DNA of 64,000 bases from the human T2T-CHM13v2.0 reference genome, Homo sapiens. Position numbers and translations under genes: made by a program. Location of the stretch: NCBI RefSeq assembly GCF_009914755.1, contig NC_060925.1; one strand, 5' to 3'. Positions 54,635-64,000 of the stretch are shown here, one piece after another. Position 1 is the first letter of the stretch; each line of letters opens with the position of its first letter. The notes beneath the pieces are model-generated. The model did no database searches, was not told the DNA's origin, and worked only from the letters and a program-made list of their open reading frames with translations.

Positions 54635-56279
54635 GATTAAGCATTATATAACTATGAATCCAATTATGAGATACCTGTGTAATGTGGAAATTAAAATTAT
54701 AAAATATCCATCATTTATTAATTGCTAAAAAAAAAGAAAAATAAGTTGATATCAATCATCACTAAGATTGGGGATAAAGCAATATAAGAGGTACAAACAC
54801 ATACCCTAAAAAGTGCAGAAACACTTTGCATGTGGGGGAGGAAAACATCTTGGAAGAGGAGGAAAATTTGACACAAATCTGGAAAATAATACAAAATTAA
54901 ATATACATAGCCTTCTCAGTTAAAATTAATGAGGGGCATAACTGCTGCTAATATCTGAAGGGTGTTAACAGGAAGAAGAGAGCATAATTACTTAGCACCA
55001 TACCAGTAAACATAATTAGGAATAATGGTATGCAATTAAGAAAAGAAAAATTTAGTCACTACATCATGAAAGTTCCTCTGTGCTGGCGACATCTATTAAA
55101 CTATGGCATCGTTTTCCAAAGCAATAGGGAGGAGTGCTGTTCCCTGAAGCACACACTATAAATGACACTAGACTGCAAAAGGAACACCTCATAGTGTCAA
55201 TAGAAAAAAGGGCTGTAGAAGTCTGAATAGATCTGTTTCACTGATTTTTTGTTTCTTTGAATTGGGGTCTTGGAGAAGAAAATAAAGTACTAGGATTTCT
55301 GCTCTTAACTGATGTTATTTGCTGTGTGTGACCTTACTGTTTTGTGTACATATGAAAACCAAGCATTGGTTGAACAGCTGATCACAATGCTGTATCCATC
55401 TCTGTTTAAGGCTTTAAGGTCTTTCCTGTACTTCTAAGGTGAAAACTGACAATGGAAGTGTACTTTTAGGGCAATTAGAATGTTTAGTATTCTTTTCTTC
55501 CATCTTAAATATCTTGGTGAACTCCTTTTAAAAATAGATGGGGATTAAGTAGCTATCTGTTGCTGGATAAGGGAAGGGCAAATGAGGGTGACTGCTCTCA
55601 GCTTTAAGATTCCAAAGTGGTTACTGCAAAAGTGGCAAAAGAACACAGGAATCAAAGGCCTATTAGAGAGACCTCGGGTTGTTAAATGGAGAACTAATGG
55701 TAGAGAGAAAAGGGTAAAGGGAATTAAATGGTAATTTTTTTTTCACTGTCTACTCTTTAAAATGCCAATGTTCCAATTCAGTCTTGATGCTTTAATAACT
55801 CATAAGACATTTAGGCTTTTGCAGCGAGTGTGCACATTTAAAAAACAGCAGTAGGCTGCAATGTAAATATTCTTTGACTGATTAGTATGAAAATGGTACT
55901 TCCTCCTCGCTTCCCTTTGTGATGCTGACAAGAAAGTGACCTGATAGATACATGAATTATGTATTTTCAGAAGACAGATCTGCTGAAAATTGAAGAAGGG
56001 AATGCTTATTTTGTATTGTTTTGTGCTTTCCCTACAGTGGATATCTGCTTAAATCGGCTGTGGTTAATTTACGAGAGCTGCCATCTCTCTGCTTAATCTT
56101 CAGAACACAGAAATTTGTTCTTCATACCTTTACCTACAGATATTTTAGCATATTTCTGGGAAGCTAGCTGATCTGTGTCTCTTCACAGTTGTAAAAAATA
56201 ATCAGAGTTGGTATAATCTGGGTAAAATAAAAAAGGGGTATATCCTATGCAGATGTCTTTCCATTCTGGCATGCCAAAG

Positions 56280-56475
56280 TGTTTAAATTCCTTATCTTAA
56301 AATTCAATTTTAATTAACTAATATACCCTCTTAATATCCATATAGTTTGTAACTGATAATAGTATTCCTCTCAGGATTTTGTACAGATTAAGTTGGATAA
56401 TTTGATCGTATAAAATGCTTATTAGCATAGTGTCTGGTAACATAGTAAAGATTCAGTTATTTTATTATTGTTATG
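56280..56475 (+). mobile_element. MIR
   Basis: gataatagtattcctctcaggattttgtacagattaag...agcatagtgtctggtaacatagtaa...tattattgttat. Confidence 0.75.
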
Positions 56476-56542
56476 AGGCTTATGATTATGATTATGACTA
56501 CGATTAATACATTATTGGCACAAGGTGACAATCTCACAGGGA

Positions 56543-56852
56543 TTTTTGTTGTTGTTGTTGTTGTTTTTCTGAGACAGAGTTTTGCGCTGTTGCCCAGGCT
56601 GGAGTGCAGTGGTGAAATCTCAGCTTACTGCAACCTCCACCTCCTGGGTTCAAACAATTCTTGTGCCTCAGCCTCCCTAGTAGTTGGGACTACAGGCATG
56701 TACTACCGTGCCCGGCTAATTTTTGTATTTTTAGTAGAGATAGGGTTTCACCATGTTGGCCAGGCTGGTCTCAAATTCCTGGCCTCAAGCTATCCACCCA
56801 CCTCGGCCTCCCAACGTGCTGGGATTACAGGCATGAGCTACTGTGCCTGGCC
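56543..56852 (-). mobile_element. Alu (AluJb/Sz-like) with (GTT)n tail
   Basis: gagacagagttttgcgctgttgcccaggctgg...cctggcctcaagc...gtgcctggcc; flanks ctcacag repeated. Confidence 0.93.
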
Positions 56853-58759
56853 AACTCACAGTGTTTTAATGCACAGCAATAATTGGCTTGGGACTTCTTT
56901 ATCAGAGATTAGGACCCTGAGAAACAGGAGACAAGGTAGGAAAATTTTCATGAGGATTTGAAAAAGCAATCTAGATGGCTCTGAAGCTATATTCCTACCC
57001 ATTTTGCTGAGTGAGCCAAGAATGGGTTCAACTTGACGAGGTAGCTCAACAAAACCTAGGCCAATTTCAGCTATTGGTTTCCCTGGCTGGCTCTACCTTG
57101 TGAACAATGCCATTTCTTATTGCTACTTTGTAGTATGAAAGTTCGACTACCTCTCTCCCTACCATGCACACCTGTTCCTCTAAATACATCGAGCATTACT
57201 GGTTTGGGATCTTTCTCTTTGGGATTGTTGGCCATGGTGTTTACAGACCATCTGTGCCCAGGCTTGCTGTAGAGTAATGAGAGTTTAGGGGATCACACAT
57301 ATTTCACTCTTTCTCTGCTTGTAAGCTTTGCTCTGGTAAGCCTTGTATCTGTACCACATGTAGTGTAGATCCATGGATGCTTTGCAGAACAGATTGGGGT
57401 GGGAATATATTTCCTTAAGCAAGGAGTATAAGCTCTTGGGCAACTCAAACGCCTTGTTCCCTGTAGAAAGAGTGGATGATTGAAAGAACTCAGAAATTGG
57501 AAGTTATTAATAGCATAAAATTCACCGTTTTACCTAGCTGTTGTTACAAGTAACATTAGTGTTGATATAATAGCAATTTCCAAGGAAAATTGATGTATGA
57601 AATGTCAACTCGACTTATTTCTGTTTTCTTCTGATCTCAGTGTCCTAATGTAGTCTGCTAATTTCCATCCTTTTTAGTTCAGTTGTCAGTCAAAGAGAAC
57701 ATTAAAAAGTTGGATTAATAATAGTTCTTCTCATCAAAACGTTATTATGGTCATTTAAAATATTACCCATGGAGGCATATATTACTGTTATCTATTTCTA
57801 ATTAGAAATTAATTATCTACCACTAATTGGAAATGAAGCACACAGTATTAAATGAGAGTTTAAATAGAATGAAGTCATACTAAATGAGAAATCAGAAAAT
57901 ATCAAAAGAAATCCCCCTCAAAAAATTTTTAAATGGAAAATAAAAAGAATCAAGATGATCTAAAATGCATTAGAGAAAGCATGTTAGAGAGAGGGAAGAA
58001 ATCTTTATTTCAAAAAATCACTAAAACAGAAAATATAGAGAGAAATAAAACCACTTCCATCTGACATCGAAGAATGCCCATCTCTTAACAGCAAGTATTA
58101 AAAATAAGTAGGTCATAAAGATAAGAATGTAAAATGCTATGATATTGGCTCCTTATCTTTAAATGAAATTCTAATTTGACTCTAGCACAAGGAAAGGGAA
58201 CGGAATATGGTATGTTTTCCCATGCGAGCTGTCAAAATGATAAAACTGAATACTCTCTAAATCAGCTTTTCCATGGACAGCTGGTTCATCATCATTAGTA
58301 TGTATATCCTTATTAATATCTAGGCCACTCAACTCTGTAAGAACTAGATGGCTGCTCTTTGAAATTTAGTACTATTCCAATCAATTACAAAGGTCTGTAC
58401 ACAAATATTATGCTATAATGATCAAAGAAGTAGTATTGTTCTCATTGGCTCTTCTACAGAGGAAAAAATATTTTGCTACACCATTCTGCTTTAAAAACAT
58501 TCTAAAGATTTTTTAATAGTAGAGTATATGCCTTTCAATTTAGATGCCTTCATGCTTGTGTATTTCTTATTTCCTTAGCTCCATGAAGAGCTCAACATAC
58601 TGTGTGAGCTGGAATGCTTTCTCAACTGTCTGAAGTGGCCTGCCAGGGAGCAGAGGTTCTTTAATTTTAAAATGAACTGGATTAAAATAATTGGCCATAA
58701 GATTTGAGTCCTGTTCCTTAGTCATATTTCTTGTAGTCATTAGCAGCCTATATTTGGAA

Positions 58760-58920
58760 GCACAGAAATCACATAAAAGGAGATTAAGTGATCAATTTCA
58801 ACATTCATTCTAAATGTAGAAATTGAGGCAAAGACAATTAAATGAATTACCAATGGAGACAATTACCAGAACTAGGCCAAGAATTTGGATCAAAAGCTCA
58901 GAACACTTCTCTAGTACCAA
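58760..58920 (-). mobile_element. MIR/MIR3 fragment
   Basis: tcattctaaatgtagaaattgaggcaaagac...aaatgaattacc...cagaactagg. Confidence 0.55.
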
Positions 58921-59149
58921 CAGCATTTATGAACATAAAAATTTTTTCTGATGGCACTTATCAACATGCCCATATGATTTAACCAATGTTGGTATATAAT
59001 ATCTGCTAACTGGACTCCAATTATATTCTGTGGCTTAGAAACAATAAACTTGTTTATTTCTCTCTCCCCCTCTTTTCTTCCTTCTTTCTTTTCTTCTTTC
59101 TTTTTCTTTCTTTCCTTTATTTTTCATCTTTTTTTCCCTCACCTAAATG

Positions 59150-60620
59150 ATCATTTAGGTTATTTGAATAATAGGCTGTGCCTCAGGGGTGCGTTCTTCT
59201 GATAAAATACAAAATCAGAGGGATTTTTCTCGTCTAAATGCTTTTTAAGTCTTATTTCCTATTCTTGGACTACAGAAACATTTAATTATTCACCTCCTAA
59301 ATTTCCCCAATTTCTGGACTGTATTTACTTGCATCTCTCTTATCAAACCAGGAACTCTACCCTGAAAACATTTCTTTGTTGCAATACCTAGATACAAGAA
59401 GCAGGAAGTAAACAAAACAAGTAACACTCTTGATCTTTTTAATTACCTCCCAAAGTATGTAATTTTTCTGCATTCAGAGTTATCAGAGTTTTACCTAATG
59501 TTTTGACACAGTACATCAGTGCTCTCTAACTTTCCAACCTGCTGAATCTATTTTCTTGTAGATCGTGACTTGTCACTTCCCAACTCTGTCAACAGCTATG
59601 CTTATGCATTCAGGTTTTGGTTATTGCAGCATCCCAATTCAAGTTTCCAATATCTGTACAACATATTTGCTCCAAAAGTTTAGAATAACTCAAACATGAT
59701 AGATATTGTATCTCATATAATAATCAAAACTAGTTGGTTGGAGGTGCCAAAGTAAAAATTGCATGAGACAAAGTTAAACACACAAGGAAGACTATTCAAA
59801 ACTATTGCAATGGGTTAGAGAGAGACTGAACTTAACTCTTCTAGAACAAATGGCAGGAGGGGTTTTTAAATGCTAGGGTAAGCTACTGAAAAACTGCTGG
59901 AGATTGTTAGTAGGAAGGTTGGTTAATGGGATATGTTGAGCGTACTGAGTTATTCCTGAGTTTGAAAATGTTCTTCTCTGATTAGGCCATCTGTGTTTGC
60001 TAATTGGCTGCCCATGAAGTTAGGATCCTACACTCCCACAGAGACTGGGAGATAGAAGTGCTGTCTCTTTCCGTCTTTATATTCAAGGAGATGATTCCCA
60101 CATCCTTGGAAAAGACAATTTTTAGGTCATAAAACTGGCAGGAAGCTGGGAAGGTTTACATACATTTCAAAGGGATCGAGAAAATGTAGAATTGCAAGTT
60201 TTTCAAGGTAAATGTCCTAAATGGAAGAAAGTCAGGGACCTATAGTCAGGAAGAACACTTTCTAAAGTTTAGCATAGGCAAGGGAAACATTAAAAGTGTC
60301 TTGGACAGGGTAAGAAGAGGGATGTTTGCCACACATAGTTGTCCAGGAATCTAGGCTGATGGAATCTATGCCATACTTAACATAGGCTTGCAAAATCAAG
60401 CTTCATCACCAGCTGAAGGAGAAAGAGCAGAAATTATGATGCATATAAATATTTATTGGCCAGAACTAGCAATGGTGGACATCACTTCTGCTCACAATCT
60501 GTTCGCAAGAATTCCATTTCGTTGTTCTGTTTTCAAGGGCAGCTAGCAGTTGTGGTCTTGCTCTAATCTAAGGAAGGAGAGAACTGTATGTTGGTGAACA
60601 GCTAGCTGTTCTGCCGTGGC
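59150..60620 (-). mobile_element. Old MaLR LTR (MLT1) with adjoining internal sequence, interrupted by MER31
   Basis: cagcatcccaattc...ccaatatctgta resembles the MaLR internal/LTR junction; catcacttctgctcaca...gttggtgaacagctagctgttctgcc. Confidence 0.55.
59745..60307 (-). mobile_element. MER31-like ERV1 solo LTR
   Basis: tgccaaagtaaaaattgca...ttcaaaactattgcaatgg...cccacagagactgggag...gtcttggaca; reverse-complement homologue of 11412-11939. Confidence 0.8.
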
Positions 60621-61180
60621 CAAGTGTTTACCAGGCTCAATGCCAAACTAACAACTAAATATATGATATTTTTAAAATACTGTGACAACAACCTGAACAG
60701 CAAGTATCAGTGTCTTCACTGAATGCAGTACTAAGATTTACAGTATTATTTCTCTAATCTCTCATAATAACTAATAAGTGCTCGAAATTCTTTTGTGTAA
60801 AAGCTTTATGACTAAATAGTTCATGATCGACACCTTTGTGCAACACACATACACACACACACAACTCTGAGGGGGAGAATGTATATATGTGTGATGGTGA
60901 TGTTAGAAAAGTGAAAGAGCATGAGAGAGATGCGGTTTTCCACTTAATTATTTGTTCCTCGTAGTAGATGACTACATGGTACAATATAAGAAGCACTGGA
61001 ATTAATCCCATATTCTGTTATATTTTTCCTCCATTCTTCCCCAACAGAATTCAACCTTTCTAAATGCTTCTGTCTCCTCTCCCCTTGATCTCTCTCTCCC
61101 CTGTTCTATCCTGATAGTTTCAAATTACCCCAACTTTATTCAAATGGTACTTTTAAAAAAACAGAGTAATAAACCTTCAG

Positions 61181-61232
61181 GAAAGTAAGCGTTATATACA
61201 AAAGCAGAAAGTAAGCGTTATATACAAAAGCA
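61181..61232. repeat. Perfect 26-bp tandem duplication
   Basis: gaaagtaagcgttatatacaaaagca x2. Confidence 0.97.
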
Positions 61233-62527
61233 TGAATATGTAATCAAGAAGACAGAATTAAGGATCAAAGAAAGAGAAAGCTATAAATTAGAGGAAAAGA
61301 ATACTGAAAGAATACTGTATCTCCAGTAAGTTAAAAATTTGAAGATGTTAATAAATACAGTGTTTTCAGAATTTGGTAATCTCTTAAACAAAGATGGAAG
61401 ATGTTAAGACACTTAAAGGAAGGAAAACGATGTTCTTTCCAGTTTTCCCTATTGAACTTCATGTTATGCTTGTTTTATGTAATAGACTGCGGTGCATGAT
61501 ATCAAAGAGTATGAAAGCCCTTTCTAAATGACATGGTGGTTTTCTGCTGCAGAGTGTGGATATACTATACAACACAAGATAATGTCTGCTTTTGATTCCA
61601 GGAGAGTGCAGATTTTCTGTCTCTAGGACTGATTTTATGTATCTGCAGAGAAATTGACCTAAACTGCTAAGAACAAACAAGGGGAAGCTTTTTTCCATTT
61701 AAATCAGAGGCTATATATACATACACGTACACTTTATCAGTTACTTATAAATCCTTCTATGGAATGCGGGTTTGCTTTTAGTGATAATATGGACTATATT
61801 CATAGAGTTCCCATTCAATAAAACATTATAAAGATATGTTTCAGTGGAAATTTAAGAAAAGATTAAATATCAATAAAATTTCAGCAATAATGGTCTAGAA
61901 CTATAGTATAAAAATATTTTACATAGAAATTATGACTTTGATTTTGTAAATATTTGTGTGTGTATGTGTGTATTTTTTTGCCATAGTAATTATTGATCAA
62001 GCCCTGTTGTAAATAATAAAAAAGAGGCCAGAACATTGAAAATCTTCATGGAGCTTTTATTCTAGTCCACGTGTAATTATATATCTATAGTTTTAAAGAT
62101 ACACATCTATTTAAGAGACAGAGCATTAAACTTTGTAATTGATCATGTGTGTATTTTTTGTCTTATAAAAACCACACTAAAATGAAAATGATTTAAAAAA
62201 AATGACATTCACCAACAGGGATAAAAACTAACAGGGAGCATGGCAAAGGAGTTTAAAACAAATCAACAATATATTCCAAGAGAGTGGAGGAGTAGTATGT
62301 GAAGGAAGCAAAATCATACATGTTTTTATTGTCAGAGATCGGACATGAGGATCTAACAAGTGGGGAAGCTGTTCCTGCATAGTTCTCAAGGTACTCTGTG
62401 CTTAGAGATACCAGGCACTGCAGAAAGCACGAAGGAGGGGAGGCAGGTGACTGCTAGAGAGTCTGAAAAGGAAACCTTGAATCCCCAGCACCCTCCTTTC
62501 TTCATGCAGCCAAGTGACTACCTCACT

Positions 62528-63862
62528 TGGGACCTAATTAAATTAAACAGCTTCTACACATCAAGAGAAGCTATCAAGGAAGTAAACAGGCAGCTTACAG
62601 AGTGGGAGAAAATATTCACAAACTATGCATCTGACAAAGGTCTAATATCCAGAATCTATAAGGAACTTAATTCAATAAGCAAAACCAAATAGCCCCATTA
62701 AAAAGTGGACAGGCCATGCGTGGTGGCTCATGCCTGTAATCCCAACACCTTGGGAAGCTGAGGAGGATAGATCACGAGGTCAGGAGTTCGAGACCACCCT
62801 GGCCAAGATGGTGAAACCCCGTCTCTACTAAAAATACAAAAATTAGCCAGGCATGGTGGCGGGCACCTGTAATTCCAGCTACTTGGGAGGCTGAGGCAAG
62901 AGAATTGCTTGAACCCAGGAGGCAGAGGTTGCAGTGAACTGAGATCACGCACTGCATTCTAGCCTGGGCAACAGAACAAGACTCCATCTCAAAAAAAAAA
63001 AAAAGTGGATAAAGGACACAAGCAGACACTTCTTAAAAGAAGACATAAAAGCAGCTAAGAAACACGAGAAAAGATGCTCATCATCACAATTCATCAGTGA
63101 AATGCAAATTAAAACCACAATGAAATACCATCTCACACAAGTCAGTATATGGCTTTTGTTAAAAAGTCAAAAAATAACAATGTTGGTGAGGCTGCAGAGA
63201 AAAGGGGACACATGTGCACTATTGGTTTGAATGTAAATTAATCCAGCCAATGTGGAGAGCAGTTTGGAGATTTCTTAAAGACCCATGGGTTGAACTGCCA
63301 TTCGACCCAGCAATCCCATTACTGGGTATATACCAAAGGGAGATAAATCATTCTACCAAAAGGACACATGTACCTGTATGTTCATTACAGCACTATTAGC
63401 ACTATTCAAAACAATAGCAAAAACATGGAATCAACTCAAATGCTCATCGACAATGGATTGGATAAAGAAAATGTGGTATTTATACATAATAGGATACTAC
63501 ATAGCCATAAAAAAGAACAAAATCATGTCCTTTGCAGCAACATGGAAGCAGCTGGAGGCCATTAAGTGAATTAATGCAGTAACAGCAAACCAAATATGGC
63601 ATGTTTTAACTCATGAGTGGGAGCTAAACATTGGGTACTCATGGATATGAAGATGGGAACAATAGACACTGAAGGACTACTTACTGGAGGAGGGGCACAG
63701 AGGGACAGGCACAGGAGCTGAAAACTACCTATTGGGTACATGCTCAATACCAGGGTGATGGATTCATGCATACACTTAACCTCAGCATCATGCAATATAC
63801 CTTTTAACAATACTGAACGTGTACCCTCTGATTCTCAAATAAAAGTGGAACAAGAAAAAAAG
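62528..63862 (+). mobile_element. L1PA15/16-like 5'-truncated LINE-1, interrupted by Alu
   Basis: WDLIKLNSF...[23 protein letters not shown]; 3'UTR ctgaaaaactacctattgggtac...aacctcagcatcatgcaatatacc...aaataaaagtggaa. Confidence 0.92.
62712..63000 (+). mobile_element. AluSg-like
   Basis: gatcacgaggtcaggagttcgagacc...ggccaagatggtgaaacccc; TSD aaaagtgga. Confidence 0.94.
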
Positions 63863-64000
63863 TCACTTTTATATTCTTTCTCAACTGTCATTTACCAATT
63901 AAACTAGAAGTTAAGAATCAATTTTTATCCCAGGCATTTACCTTATTAATTAGAATAGAGAGATGCCTGCAAAAAATTATTTTTTAAAGTTGAGGATGCT

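Noticed and set aside
56473-56961. 162-aa ORF and similar ORFs at 3179, 19630, 26197, 62772
   Set aside because: Alu-derived translations (e.g. LECSG..SAHCNL..PASAS), mostly from the antisense strand.

Overview
Primate (most likely human) AT-rich, repeat-dense non-coding genomic DNA. No protein-coding gene, RNA gene or prokaryotic-type system can be supported. Nearly all ORFs in the track lie in Alu, L1, LTR or microsatellite sequence. Main elements: an intact solitary LTR12C/ERV9 LTR (12942-14390); a complete two-LTR MER4-group (LTR49/MER39-like) non-coding provirus with a perfect ATGT target-site duplication (25050-32639) that carries an AluSc and an unexplained GC-rich poly(A)-tailed insert; a near-full-length but internally deleted L1MA2-like element (33187-40445); young 5'-truncated L1PA fragments; 13 Alus; MaLR/ERVL/ERV1 solo LTRs; hAT DNA transposons; and old L2, MIR and CR1 remnants. 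The most notable observations are the orphan retrocopy-like insert, an ancient ~1.5-kb tandem arrangement of HAL1-like DNA now spread over 17.6 kb by four insertions, and the LTR12C as a candidate promoter. Subfamily names come from my recall of consensus sequences, not from a database search.
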